Of a DNA stretch of 64,000 bases, positions 30,379 through 41,422 are shown piece by piece (the first letter of the stretch is position 1; each line of letters opens with the position of its first letter). The position numbers were made by a program, and so were the translations under genes. The stretch is from an uncultured Spirochaetota bacterium (GTDB lineage Bacteria; Spirochaetota; Spirochaetia; SZUA-6; Fen-1364), in contig CAWAHW010000005.1 of assembly GCA_963781885.1 (NCBI GenBank), positions 128,001 through 192,000 on the forward strand. Direction: 5' to 3'. Below the pieces are notes generated by a model. It was not told where the DNA came from. It worked only from the letters and a program-made list of their open reading frames with translations, and did no database searches.

Positions 30379-31194
30379 TCACGGGAAGTAATACTTGAAT
30401 ATGATGCTGACCTCACGATCGGTCAACTTGATTCCCTGCATCTTTAGTCGGGCCTCGGCCTCTGCGATTGTGAGCGAAGGAGAGTCACGCTTCAGTTCTA
30501 GGATTCTCGAGATTCCGGCCCGGGGGATTGGCGTGGGGAAAAAGAGCCACTGGATGTTCTCCCGTGTCATCGCTGCATACCGGAGAGCGTCCACCTGGGC
30601 GGAAAGAGTGTCCAGCGTGGCCTGCATGCCGGCGATGGCGGTCTGGGATTGATCGATGCGCGAGAGGAGATACGCGACGTCGCTGCGCTGCAGGTAGGCG
30701 GTGGGGTTGGCGAGCGCATCGGCGATCTTCTTCTCCACTTCCTCCTCCCCCACATAGTGCCCGCTCACACGCATGAAAAGATTGTCTTTTGTGACCCTGA
30801 AGTCGTATTGAAGATCGAGCGCGCTGGTGTAGGAAAAAAAGAAGCCCGCCGGCACAAATGACCGCGCGTCGTTTCCTCCGATTTCCAAACGTTCGGGTAT
30901 GAGAAGCGCCTCAATCAAAGTCCCTGTGATCGTAAATCGCAGGGAGCCGATCGTGACGTTCCGCCAGGAAAAGAAGATGTCTTTCAGCTTCGAAATCTGT
31001 GCAGCCGTCTCAGGAGACGGATCCTCCTTGACGCTCACCGTATACGTCCTGCCTGCGGAATCCCTCAGCGCGACCGCGGTTCGATCGCCCTCGGATGAGC
31101 TTGACACAACGGTCGCGTCAAATGTCGCGCTATCCAGGGCATACGCGCCCCACGTAAGGGCAAAGAGACACGCTACAAGTGCAGGCCTTCTCAT
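30379..31194 (-). CDS. Exported hypothetical protein with coiled-coil segment
   Basis: Signal peptide MRRPALVACLFALTWGAYA; ATGA overlap with the upstream gene; SD GAAGGA. Confidence 0.7.
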   Translation of the reverse strand: MRRPALVACLFALTWGAYALDSATFDATVVSSSSEGDRTAVALRDSAGRTYTVSVKEDPSPETAAQISKLKDIFFSWRNVTIGSLRFTITGTLIEALLIPERLEIGGNDARSFVPAGFFFSYTSALDLQYDFRVTKDNLFMRVSGHYVGEEEVEKKIADALANPTAYLQRSDVAYLLSRIDQSQTAIAGMQATLDTLSAQVDALRYAAMTRENIQWLFFPTPIPRAGISRILELKRDSPSLTIAEAEARLKMQGIKLTDREVSIIFKYYFP

Positions 31195-32624
31195 TTCCCT
31201 TCCTTCTTCTTGATCAGGAATTTGTCAAAAGGTTGAAACTGCTTGCCCGGCGCCACCATTACCTCGCGAGCGCTGATTCCGACTGCGGTCACAGAGAAGA
31301 GGATTGTACCGATGTACTCGTCGTCCGCCCTGAACACGAGCCCCTGGTCCCCGTCGGCCACCGGAGAACTGGAGCTCACAAAGGGGACGATCCGCTGCGA
31401 ATCGCGGACGTCCACCAGGAAGCCGTTTTCCCGGATCTGCCTCGCGTAATACTGGAAAGCGGCCTGATCCTGGCCCACTATCGAGCTCAGCCGCGCGATC
31501 TGGGCTGTGTCGGCGTGAATCTGCTGCAGGAGCCTGCCGCTAATGTCTTCATACGAGTGAATGAGCGAGCGGTCGAAGTAATCAAGGTGAGCAAGCGCGG
31601 AGGGAACGGAGTTTTGATAGGGAATCGATTTGATGCGGGCGTAAAGAGCGGCCCGGCCTTGAAGCGCGTCCCGCATGCTTGCGAGGGCATTCGTCGTGCT
31701 GTATCCGTCCGTTACGAGCTGCGACGCCATTTCGGAAAACGTGGAGGAAATGCTGGGGTCGATGGGCGCGGACAGGAGAGCCTTCAGTGCGTCAGTCGTG
31801 AACACCGGGTTGTACATGAGGACGAGCGCGGCGATTTCTCTCTTCTTTGCGTCGTCCATGGCCCTGACCACTCGGGCCTGGTTCTCCTTCAATGCCGCGA
31901 TTTCCTGCTGATGCGCGTCGGAGAGCTCTTTCAGCTTGGTTTCGTAGTAGGACTTGGTCTGCGCGAGCTCGATGTCGTTCAGGCGCTGTTGGTTGTTGAT
32001 CACCTCCTCCTGCTTTCGAGCCGCGTCGATCTGGGTCTTGTTCGAGGAATCGACCTTCTTCTGTGCGGCGGCGACATCTGCCTGCCGCGCTTCCAGCACG
32101 GGGGCGTACTGCGCGCGCAATGCCTCAAGTCCATCACTCTCCTGTGCTTGGAGCTTTTTGACGGCCGCAGCTACGCTCGGCGCGGAAACGTCCTGAGCGT
32201 TCAGAACGGCGATCTGGCCCGCAATGTCGCTGGAGAGGGCCTCGCTCTTTGTCGCCAACTCTTGCTGCGCGTCCGCGAGCGACCTTTTCGCCTTGTCCAG
32301 GTCGTTTTCGTTGTTTGCGGCGGAGTTCAATAGGTCCTTCAGATTAATGTCTTGAAAATCGGTGATGTCGACAGAGACCCTGCGGCTTTGGCTCTGAACG
32401 AGAAACGTGAGAAGTACCGTCACCCCCGCGGCCACGATGACGAAGCATAGTATGAAAAAAGCCGTCCGAAAGCTGCGATTGGCTTTTGTCCGGGCAAACT
32501 CCTCTTCCAGCTCGTACAGCTTTGGCTTTTCCGCGCGTATGCGGTTGGCCTCTTGGAGGAAAACCTCTTTGGCGCTCTCTGAGATATCTCTTACTTGCTT
32601 TTCATCGTCCATGTTCCGTTCCAT
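31191..32624 (-). CDS. Single-TM long coiled-coil hypothetical protein
   Basis: One TM then ~200 aa of heptad-rich sequence and a beta-rich C-terminus. Overlaps the cyclase stop; start 32624 or 32612. Confidence 0.7.
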   Translation of the reverse strand: MERNMDDEKQVRDISESAKEVFLQEANRIRAEKPKLYELEEEFARTKANRSFRTAFFILCFVIVAAGVTVLLTFLVQSQSRRVSVDITDFQDINLKDLLNSAANNENDLDKAKRSLADAQQELATKSEALSSDIAGQIAVLNAQDVSAPSVAAAVKKLQAQESDGLEALRAQYAPVLEARQADVAAAQKKVDSSNKTQIDAARKQEEVINNQQRLNDIELAQTKSYYETKLKELSDAHQQEIAALKENQARVVRAMDDAKKREIAALVLMYNPVFTTDALKALLSAPIDPSISSTFSEMASQLVTDGYSTTNALASMRDALQGRAALYARIKSIPYQNSVPSALAHLDYFDRSLIHSYEDISGRLLQQIHADTAQIARLSSIVGQDQAAFQYYARQIRENGFLVDVRDSQRIVPFVSSSSPVADGDQGLVFRADDEYIGTILFSVTAVGISAREVMVAPGKQFQPFDKFLIKKKEGK

Positions 32625-34294
32625 TCCTTCGGGCTCCTTCCGCTTTTCGTGCGTTCTCTGAACACGGATGCCATGCTCAGGTTGCAGCGGATGAACCGCT
32701 TGTAGGCTTCCGTCCAGTCGCCATCCACATAGAAGCGCAGGCCCCTTGAAAAAAAGTCGAGCGCTTTCTCCAACGCGGGGGTCGCGATATCCTCGGGGAT
32801 CGCCCAATAGATCCACTTCCCCTCTGTTTTGCCCTTTACCTGGACACGGTCAATCTCGATGAACCGAATGCCGTGAGAGGAAAAATGCGCCTCGACATCG
32901 TCCTTCACGAACCCGGAGCAGATGACGGGAACATTGCAGAGCCGGGTGAGCCCCTCCAGCCGGGAAGCCGCGTTGACGTTGTCTCCGATGACGGTATTGG
33001 TCATCCGCTCCTGCGAGCCGATATTCCCGTAGAACACGTCGCCGCCGTCAATGCCAACGCCGACCTTGAGGAGAACGGCGTTGTAGATTCGCTCTTCCTC
33101 ACTTGTGAGAGATCCCCGCTGCCGAAGGATCGTGTCTCGCCGCTCCTCCATCCGCACGCGAAGCTCCGCCGCGTTGTCCTGAATGAGGTAGGCCGAGGTG
33201 ATGGCCTGCAACGATTTTTTTGCTCGGGACTCGGGGAAAGTGCCGTAGACGGCGAGGACGGCGTCGCCGATCAGCGACCCGATGATCCCGTCGTTGCCGA
33301 CCACGGCGCTGATGGCCTGTTCGTAGTGGATGTTCAGTAGCTTGATAATGTCCGTGCCAAGGGTCTCCGTCATTGCGGTGAAACTCCTGATGTCGGAAAA
33401 GAGGATGGTAAGCTCCATCCGGGCGCCCTCCAGCCGTATCTGCTTCTCGCGGTACGCCTGGACGGCGATGTCCTTGCTCACGAACTTGCGGAAGATGGTG
33501 ACGAGATTGTTGACGGAGCTGGAGAGGGCGTTCAACGCGACGCCGAGAAACGTGATCTCGTCATTTGGCGCGTGCGCAAGATCGATTATCTCCATTTGCG
33601 AATCGTTGCGCATCTTCATGATGGCGTTGGTGATCAGACCAACGTATCGCAGGATGTACCGGATCAGTATAATTCCGATGGCGATGATAACCAGGGAGAT
33701 GAGGATGATGATGAGGGAGATCTTCAGGAAGATCTGTCGGGAGCTCTGGTAAAGCTGGCCCAACTCCTCCGCGCGCAGAATGAACATATCCCATTTCTCG
33801 TTGTATTTGTACACGCCGAAATAGGCGGAACCGGAAAACCCGAAAGAAAGAAACCCCTCCGCGGCGGAGCTTCTGTTCGCATCGAGCACCGCAAGGGCAT
33901 GAGCGTCGGGAAAACTCTTCAGCCGAGGAATCCGCAAGGCCTGGAACACGAGGTTTCCATCGGGCGCGATGCCGATCGTGATCGCCTTGGATGCCTTCAG
34001 ATCCCGCAGTGCATACTGTTCGATCGCGTCCGTTGATTTCGCAAGATCGTGCGTAAACTGGTAAATGTCAAACTGCGTCGATGCGAACGTATACGTCTCT
34101 TTGAGGTCCTTGACCAACAAGTCCTCGGTGAGCTTGATGAGCTCCGAGCGGTTGAACATGAGGTTGATGTAGTTGGTCATGAGATTGGAAACGAGGATGA
34201 AGATGCTGAAGATAAGAACGATCTTCGTCACAAGGGGCACGACCCTCGTCGACCCAATCTTCTTTCCCAGAAATCCTTCTAGCGGGCTTTCCAT
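32591..34294 (-). CDS. Membrane-bound class III adenylate/guanylate cyclase (TM-periplasmic-TM-HAMP-cyclase)
   Basis: 'LFSDIRSFT', 'IGDAVLA', 'GNIGS', 'TVIGDNVNAASRLE', 'VKGK'; promoter TTGACT-17-TATTCT. Confidence 0.9.
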   Translation of the reverse strand: MESPLEGFLGKKIGSTRVVPLVTKIVLIFSIFILVSNLMTNYINLMFNRSELIKLTEDLLVKDLKETYTFASTQFDIYQFTHDLAKSTDAIEQYALRDLKASKAITIGIAPDGNLVFQALRIPRLKSFPDAHALAVLDANRSSAAEGFLSFGFSGSAYFGVYKYNEKWDMFILRAEELGQLYQSSRQIFLKISLIIILISLVIIAIGIILIRYILRYVGLITNAIMKMRNDSQMEIIDLAHAPNDEITFLGVALNALSSSVNNLVTIFRKFVSKDIAVQAYREKQIRLEGARMELTILFSDIRSFTAMTETLGTDIIKLLNIHYEQAISAVVGNDGIIGSLIGDAVLAVYGTFPESRAKKSLQAITSAYLIQDNAAELRVRMEERRDTILRQRGSLTSEEERIYNAVLLKVGVGIDGGDVFYGNIGSQERMTNTVIGDNVNAASRLEGLTRLCNVPVICSGFVKDDVEAHFSSHGIRFIEIDRVQVKGKTEGKWIYWAIPEDIATPALEKALDFFSRGLRFYVDGDWTEAYKRFIRCNLSMASVFRERTKSGRSPKEWNGTWTMKSK

Positions 34295-34432
34295 TCTGCC
34301 ATCCTTGCGAATTCAAAGAATATGAAACACACCCACGGCAGTCAAGAAAAGGCCAGGGCCCTATAAGGAAGAGACGCGAGAACCTTCTTGCCGGACAGCA
34401 CGCGCGGTCATTTGCGACAGGTCGCGTGCAGC

Positions 34433-35312
34433 TCACGATGCAAAGTGATCGTCCAGGGCTTGGTCATGGGCTTCGGTCAGAGCCTGCCGGACCAGGACCG
34501 GGACAAGCGCGGTCCTGTATTCCTTGGAAGCGCGCAGTGGATTGGAGCGCACGTGACATTCGGCCTGCACGAGCGTGGCGGCGTGCTCGATCGCATTGTC
34601 GTCGAGCGCGCGCCCGATCAAGAATCTCTCGGCATCCCGCGCACGGAAGGGCAGTGCGGCCACCGGGCCCAGCGCCAGCGTCACGGCACCGATCGTCGCA
34701 TCGGGGTCCAGCCGGAGCGTCGCCGCGCAGTTTAGAATCGGCAGGGTGAGCGACGGTCGCCTGCCCACGCGCCGCCACGCGCTGCCGGAACCCGACTGCG
34801 GCACGGCGAATCGAAGATGGGACACCATCTGTCGCGTCGGGTCGAGCACGGAGGTCTTCGCGCCCCTGTACAGCGATTCGACGGCGACCCATTCGGGCTC
34901 CGCCCGCATCGACCACGCGGGCCTCGGCCTCCAGCGCCACCGCGGCGACACCACCGTCGGCCGCCGGCATCGCCTGCGCGATGTTGCCCGCCCACGTGGC
35001 CATCGCCTGAATCGGCGCAGCGCCCACGCAGGCGGCCGCTTGCGCAAGGCATCGTGCGCGCACGAGGACAAGGGCGGAATCGCGCAGCATCGCGAAAGTG
35101 ACCGCGGCGCCGATCCGTATCCACTCTCCGTCGACATCGATTCGATCAAGGCCGTCGATGCGCGTGATGTCCACGAGTGTCTGCGCGTCGACCCTCCCGT
35201 CGCGCAGCGCCTGCATCAAGTCGGTGCCGCCCGCGATGATGCGCGCCCGGCCGCCATGCCGGGTCAGGATGTCGACGGCCTGCTTAACGGTGTCGGCAAA
35301 GAGATAATTCAT
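34433..35312 (-). CDS. Xanthine dehydrogenase family FAD-binding subunit (one frameshift near 34896)
   Basis: 'IIAGGTDL', 'IGAAVT', 'MATWAGNI', then in another frame 'RSNPLRASKEYR'. Removing one base at 34895-34897 gives a 293-codon frame. Confidence 0.85.
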
Positions 35313-38068
35313 CCCTCTGCCTTTTTGCGGCGAATCGCTTCGAGCACGCGCTCCCCCGTCGCCGGCAAACGGCGGACCCGGGCGCCGATGGCGCGTGAGA
35401 TGGCGTTGACCATGGCCGGAGCAGTCGGCAGCATCGCGGCTTCGCCGAGGCCCTTGGCGCCAAGCGGGCCGTAGCGGCTTGGCGTCTCCACCAGGTGCAC
35501 GCGGATTTTCGGCGCGGAGCCCGCGGTCGGGATCATGTAGGTACTGAAGCCGGAGCTGAGACCGGGGAGCAGCTCCTCCATCAGCACGCTTCCCATGCCC
35601 ATCACGACGCTGCCCTCGATCTGCCCCTCGGTATCGCGCCGATTGATGACGCGCCCGACGTCGTGCGCCGCGCTGACCGACAGGACGCGCGTCACCCCGG
35701 TCTCCCTGTCGACCTCGACCTGGGCGACCTGGACGCCTGTCAGGAACATTGGAAGATACGCGTCGACGCGCACGATGTCCGGAAAAAGGGCTCGGAGGTC
35801 CATGCAGCCCTCGACGCGGCGGGACACGTGATCGTTCTCCATCTTCCGTGCCACCGCGGTGAGCGAGACCGCGCCGTGTTCGCAGAGGATACTTTCGTCG
35901 TTCACCGACATACCGTCGGGCGACTGGCCGAGCATTTTTGCACCGATGGAGAGTATGGTGGCGCGCAGTTTCTTCGCGGCGTCCGCGACCGCGCCGCCGA
36001 CCCAGTAGGTGCTGCGCGACGCGCCGGTGACGTCGCCGTCGAGCGTGCTCGCCGTGTCGGCGTTGACGAGGCGCAGCGCTGCCCGCGATACGCCCAGCCG
36101 CTCTGACGCAAGCTGGGTAAATACCGTCTCGATCCCCTGCCCGTAGTCCGCGCTCGACGCGTAGATTGTGAATCGCCCGTCCAAGCCGAGCTCGACCTCT
36201 GCACGGCTCAGGGGGCGCCCGAACTTGCCGAAACGATACCACATTCCCGCCACGCCGACGCCGCGGCGGAAAGCAGGCGGCGCATGGGCGTTGAAAAGCT
36301 CCACGCTCTGTTTCGCCTCCCGGTAATCCGGTTCAATGGCTTCGAGCACCTTGCGGAAGTCGATTGTCTCAGCGGCGCGGTAGCCGAGGCCGGTGACATC
36401 GTCTTGCCCGAGGGCGTTGCGCAGGCGAAGATCCAGCGGGTCCATTCCGAGCCGCTCGCTCAGCTCGTCGAGCGTGCATTCCATCGCAAAGGCGGCCTGG
36501 GGTGTTCCGAACCCTCGGAACTGCCCGGCCTTGGGCCCGTTGCTGTAGATCGCGCGTGCGTGGGCCCGCACCGCCTGCCAGCGGTAGGGACCCACGCTCG
36601 TGATCAACGGCGTAATTGGGCAGGTAGCGTCCGGCCGAATCGTAGGCGCCCTTGTTGATGCGGGCCTCGAACTCCATCCCCACAAGGCTTCCGTCCTGCT
36701 TCGATCCTATGACACAGTGGCACGAGTAGGGATGGCGCTTGGGAGCCGCGTTCATGACCTCCCGGCGCGTATACGCGAGCTGCACCGGCGCGTGGACGTG
36801 GTACGCGGCGAGCGCCGCGGCGGCCAGCGGCCAGATGTCCTGCTTGCCGCCAAAGCTGCCCCCGATGGGCGGCGTCACGACGCGAACGCGCTCCAGCGGC
36901 AGACCAAGGATTTTCGCCAGGTGCGCGCGGTCCCAATGCGGCTCGTGGTTTGCCCCGATTGCCGTGATGCAGCCGGACTCATCGACATAGGCAACGACGG
37001 CCTCCCTTTCGAGCGCCATGTGCGCTTGAAAGCTTGTCGCGTAGTCGGCTTCGATCGTGACTTCGGCTTCCTGCCGCGCGCGCTCGCTGTCGCCCGTCTG
37101 GATCGAGTCCTCCGCCAGAAGGTTGCCCCCCCGGTGGATGGGCAGTGCATCCGGCTCGAGCGCGCGATCGATCCCGATCGTATGAGGCAGCACGGAGTAT
37201 TCGACGCGCACGGCTCTTTCGCCGTTCAGAGCCGCCTCTCGGGACGCACCGATCACGATCGCCACCGGATCGCCCAGCATGCGCACGGTGTCGCCGACGG
37301 AGGCAAGCAGATGCTCGTCGAGCGAGTAGTCGCTCAGGCCATTCTCCCCCGGTACGTCAGAGGCAGTGAGAACCCGTACGACGCCCGGTACCGCGAGAGC
37401 GGGTGAGATGTCGATGCTCACGACGCGCGCGTGAAAATGCGGGCTGCGAACCACGCGCGCATAGTGAAGGTCAGGCATCGAAATGTCTTCCGCGAAAAGC
37501 GCGGCGCCGTTCACGCGATCCCAGCCGCCATGGCGTTCGGCGCTGCCGCCGATGGCGGGCGAATCGCCAGCGCGTCCGCCCGGCACTCGATTCGCCGCGC
37601 ATCCACGCGGCCGCCAATTCCACCGCTTCGACGATCTTGATGTATCCAGTGCAACGACAGAGATTGCCGTCAAGTGCGGCGACGATTTCATTCGCGCGTG
37701 GGATCGGGCTTGCGGTCCAGGAGCGCCTTGGCGGAAAGCAGGGTACCCGGAGTGCAATAGCCGCACTGGACGGCGCCGGTTTCCAGGAATGCCTTCTGAA
37801 GCGGATGTGGATGGTCAGGCGTGCCGAGCCCTTCGATCGTCGTGACCGAGCGTCCCGCGATCTTCCCGACGGGCAGCAGGCACGAGCGTACCGCCTCCCC
37901 ATCGACGATCACGGTGCACGCGCCGCACTCGCCTTCCCTGTCGCATCCTTGTTTCGTGCCGGTCAGTCCGAGCTCTTCCCGCAGGACACGGAGGAGCGGG
38001 GTGGCCGGATCCGCGTTCACGCTCACCGCCCGGGCGTTCAGCACGAAGCCGATGCCACCGGATGGCAT
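35309..38068 (-). CDS. Fused 2Fe-2S + molybdopterin-binding subunit of a xanthine/aldehyde/nicotinate dehydrogenase family enzyme (three frameshifts)
   Basis: 'GTKQGCDREGECGACT', 'QCGYCTPG', 'NLCRCTGY', 'RSPHFHA', 'GGSFGGK', 'FRGFG', 'GQIEG', 'GAKGLGE' are spread over four frame segments. Removing single bases near 37691, 37580 and 36606 gives one 919-codon frame. Confidence 0.85.
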
Positions 38069-39499
38069 CTATTTCCCGCCGTTCTTCAGGATGTAGTCGA
38101 TCTCGGCGCTCACGGTGGGAGCGAGCGGCACGGGTTTGTGCCCGTCCATGAGGGCAATCGTCTTGTCGCGCAGGCGATCGCTCAGCCGTTTGGACCCGTC
38201 GGCGGCCCAGTCGGCGAAGCGGCGGCGATCGAAGATCTGCGGCTGCCAGAGCTCCTTGTAGTGGCTCAAGGCGTGGTCCGTGGTCAGGAAATCCCCGCCC
38301 GGCCCGACCTGCTGGATGACCTCGAGCGCCAGGGACTCGGCGTCGACTGAAACGCCGCCCATGAAGCGGCGCATCATCGAGATATTCTCCGCGCACAGCA
38401 CCATCATCTCCGGCGACGACATCATGCCGGCCTCCAGGTAGCCGATGTCGTGCGCCAGGTTCGTGCCGGCGAGCAGCGCGATCAGGACGGAGAACGCGGC
38501 ATCGGTCGCCGCCTGCTCGTCCAACGCGCAGCTGTCCGAGTGACCTGCATAGCCCCAGGTGGGCAGTCCGTAGTGGCGGCCCATTTCCATCACGCCCACG
38601 CGGGCAAGCTGGAACTCCGGCGCGCCGTACACGGAGATCATTGTCCGCATATCCATGTGATGCAGGCCCGACCCGAAAACGAACGGGGCCCCTGCGTGCT
38701 TGAGCTGGTGAATCACGAGGCCTGAGAGCACCTCCGCGTTGCCAAGGGCGAGCCCTCCCGCAATTGTCGCCGGCGCGGTTGCACCCATCATCGGGGCGGG
38801 GGAGTGAACGACGGGGAGCTGCAGCTCCGCCATGTAAAGCAGCTTGCCCACCGCCGTTTCCGAGTGGCGGAGCGGCGTGGAAGGCTCCGAATAGAGGACA
38901 AAGGTGGGATTGAGCCGGAGCTGCTCGATGCCCCCTGCCGCCGCGCTCGCCATGGCCACAATTGCCTCGGCGTCCGCCCTGTCGTTGCAGACGACGACGT
39001 GTGGCTTGGTCGTGTGCGTCAGCATCAGAGCGTATTGCCGGCGATAAGCGTTCACTGCGCCCATTTCCGAAGGAATGCCCATGGACATGCAGAAATCGAG
39101 CTCCGGGATGGCGTCGACCAGGCGCACGCAGTCGATCACGTCCGCGGCGGTGAATGGCCGCCGCTCGCCCGTGCGGGGGTCGAGATAGTTGGGACAGTCC
39201 GAACCCGTGCCGAAATGCACGCGTCTGCCTTCAAGCGGCGCCACGACCTCGGCGCTTCCTCGCCGGCACAGGGCGACGCGCGACGGCGCCTGCGCGAGCG
39301 CCCACTCGACGAGACCCGGGGGGAGCCGAACCAGATTGCCTTCTGAGATCAACGCGTCTGTTCCCTTCAGGAGCGCGAGCGCCTCCTCATGCAGGACGCG
39401 CACACCCGTGCGCCGCAGGATCTCGAGGGACGCGTTGTGAATCATCTCGCAGTGTTCATGGCTCAACATTGCAAGTTGCGGCAGAGCGGTGCTGTCCAT
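38069..39499 (-). CDS. Non-pyrrolysine MttB-superfamily (trimethylamine methyltransferase-like) protein
   Basis: 'IHNASLEIL..TGV', 'GATAPATIAG', 'GAPEF', 'GLPTWGYAGHSDS', 'AHDIGYLE', 'VGPGGDFL'. No in-frame TAG; SD AGGAG. Confidence 0.92.
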   Translation of the reverse strand: MDSTALPQLAMLSHEHCEMIHNASLEILRRTGVRVLHEEALALLKGTDALISEGNLVRLPPGLVEWALAQAPSRVALCRRGSAEVVAPLEGRRVHFGTGSDCPNYLDPRTGERRPFTAADVIDCVRLVDAIPELDFCMSMGIPSEMGAVNAYRRQYALMLTHTTKPHVVVCNDRADAEAIVAMASAAAGGIEQLRLNPTFVLYSEPSTPLRHSETAVGKLLYMAELQLPVVHSPAPMMGATAPATIAGGLALGNAEVLSGLVIHQLKHAGAPFVFGSGLHHMDMRTMISVYGAPEFQLARVGVMEMGRHYGLPTWGYAGHSDSCALDEQAATDAAFSVLIALLAGTNLAHDIGYLEAGMMSSPEMMVLCAENISMMRRFMGGVSVDAESLALEVIQQVGPGGDFLTTDHALSHYKELWQPQIFDRRRFADWAADGSKRLSDRLRDKTIALMDGHKPVPLAPTVSAEIDYILKNGGK

Positions 39500-39548
39500 G
39501 TGGATTCTCCTTGAATCTGGCTCGAAGATGGGCGGCGTACTCACCGAA

Positions 39549-39664
39549 AGCCTATCGCACGCGGTATGGCAAGTCAATGCCGGCCACAATATTCCGTGGC
39601 ATTTGCAGCCGCAGCGGGGCGGGCCGACATCGATCTTTGACATTTCGCTCGCCCATGCTATTCT
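39549..39664. promoter_or_regulatory. Divergent sigma70 promoters with an intervening inverted repeat
   Basis: Minus: TTGACT-17-TAGGCT (39577-39549). Plus: TTGACA-16-TATTCT (39637-39664). GCCAC-N8-GTGGC at 39583-39600. Confidence 0.55.
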
Positions 39665-39711
39665 CCCCGGCGCGAGTCGTTGAACACATTCAAGCGAGGA
39701 GCACTGACGGC

Positions 39712-40741
39712 ATGCCGGGGATTGCATTCCAGGCGATCACAAAACGATTCAACAACACCGTCAAACCCGCGGTGGATGACGTCACCTTCGCCGTACCGGA
39801 AGGCAGCACCTGCATGCTGGTGGGGAGGTCCGGCGCGGGCAAGACAACCCTTCTCAGGATGGTCAACCGCCTCATCGAGCCAACGTCAGGCAGGATCCTC
39901 GTTTCCGGCAGGAATGTGCTGGAGGAGAATCCGATCGAGCTGCGGACGGCACATCGGATACGTGATCCAGCAGGTGGGGCTCTTTCCCCACATGAATGTC
40001 GCGGAGAATATCCGCATCACCGCGGAGGTGGCAGGCGGGTGGTCGAGGGGACGCCTCGACGAGCGCGTGGACGAGCTGCTCGACCTGGTCGGTTTGCCGC
40101 CCGCCGAGTATCGCAGGAGGTTTCCCCGGGAGCTCTCCGGCGGGCAGCAGCAGCGTGTCGGGCTGGCGCGCGCCCTGACGACCGATCCGGCGATCCTTCT
40201 GATGGATGAGCCATTCGGAGCGCTGGACGCCATCACGCGCGCCCAGATGCAGGACGAGCTTCTGCGCATCCAGCGCGACGTGCGAAAGACGATCCTGTTT
40301 GTCACGCACGACATGGAAGAGGCGCTGAAGCTGGGTGACCTGATCGCCGTCATGCACCATGGGAAACTAATGCAGCTGGGTGCGCCGGTTGACCTCCTGA
40401 CGAGCCCTGCCGACGAAATCGTGGCGCGGCTGGTCGGGTCCGACGACATGCTGCGGGAGCTCCGCTACCTGACGGCGTCGTCCGCCGTGGATGCCGCCTT
40501 CCCGGGAAGCGCCGCTCTCGGCCAACGCCTTCCGAGCTGCCCTCCACATGCCAGCCTGCTCGACGCCATGCTGAAACTTTTTGAGACGCGCGCCCCGGCC
40601 CTTTTGATCGATGCCGTCGATGGCCTGCCTGCCGGTCATGTCACGCTGGGGAGCATCATCACCATACTCCAGAAGGGACGCTCGCGGGGGAACGAACCCG
40701 AATCAGCAACCCTCCCCGGTCGTTCCTCCGTCGGACCGTGA
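39712..40741 (+). CDS. Osmoprotectant (Opu/ProV-type) ABC transporter ATP-binding protein (one frameshift near 39944)
   Basis: 'GRSGAGKTT' in one frame; 'IGYVIQQVGLFPH', 'LSGGQQQRV', 'LMDEPF' in the next. One extra G at 39944-39945. Confidence 0.88.
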
Positions 40742-40753
40742 GGAAGGCGCGCA

Positions 40754-41410
40754 ATGCACTACCTGTTCAGCCCATTCAATTACCGTCTTTCCGATCCGGC
40801 GAGCATACCGAATCTCACGCTCCAGCACCTGAGCATCGTCGGTATCGCCATGTTCTTCTCCATCATCATTGCGATTCCGATCGGCGTCCTTGTGTCGCGC
40901 TATCGGCGTGTTTATCTTCCGGTCATCACCGTGGCGGGGATGCTGTACAGCATCCCCGGCATTGCATTCGTCGCCGTGCTCATTGCCGTCACGGGGCTCA
41001 CGTTGAAGACGATCCTTGTGCCTCTCATCGCCTACAACCAGCTCGCATTGATTCGAAACACCGTTGCGAGCATCAACGGGATCGACCCGTCCCTGATCCA
41101 GGTCGGTCACGCTATCGGCATGAACCGCCGCCAGTTGATCGGGCGCGTGATCTTCCCCCTGGCCCTCCCGGTCATCGTGGCGGGCATCCGGATCGCCACC
41201 GTGACGACAATTGGAATCGCGTCCCTTGCGGGGTTCATCGGTCAGGGCGGCCTGGGGTCGCTCATCTTCATGAACATCACCGTGCGGGACTATGACGCGA
41301 TACTTGGCGGCGCCCTTCTGCTGGCAGCCCTCGCCGTCATCGCGGATCTCATCCTGCTCTCCCTGCAGGCGGCGCTCAATCGCGGGCGCGGCGCCCTGTC
41401 CGTCTCGTAG
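40754..41410 (+). CDS. Osmoprotectant ABC transporter permease
   Basis: 'YSIPGIA', 'PLALPVIVAGIR', 'GGLG'. Confidence 0.9.
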   Translation: MHYLFSPFNYRLSDPASIPNLTLQHLSIVGIAMFFSIIIAIPIGVLVSRYRRVYLPVITVAGMLYSIPGIAFVAVLIAVTGLTLKTILVPLIAYNQLALIRNTVASINGIDPSLIQVGHAIGMNRRQLIGRVIFPLALPVIVAGIRIATVTTIGIASLAGFIGQGGLGSLIFMNITVRDYDAILGGALLLAALAVIADLILLSLQAALNRGRGALSVS

Positions 41411-41422
41411 GGGCCGCGTGGC

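Noticed and set aside
37688-37690. Selenocysteine read-through of the TGA ending the 2Fe-2S ORF
   Set aside because: The continuation (NLCRCTGY) is in a different frame, so this is a frameshift rather than read-through.
38069-39499. Pyrrolysine-containing MttB
   Set aside because: The frame is continuous with no internal TAG, and no pyl genes or tRNA-Pyl are seen.
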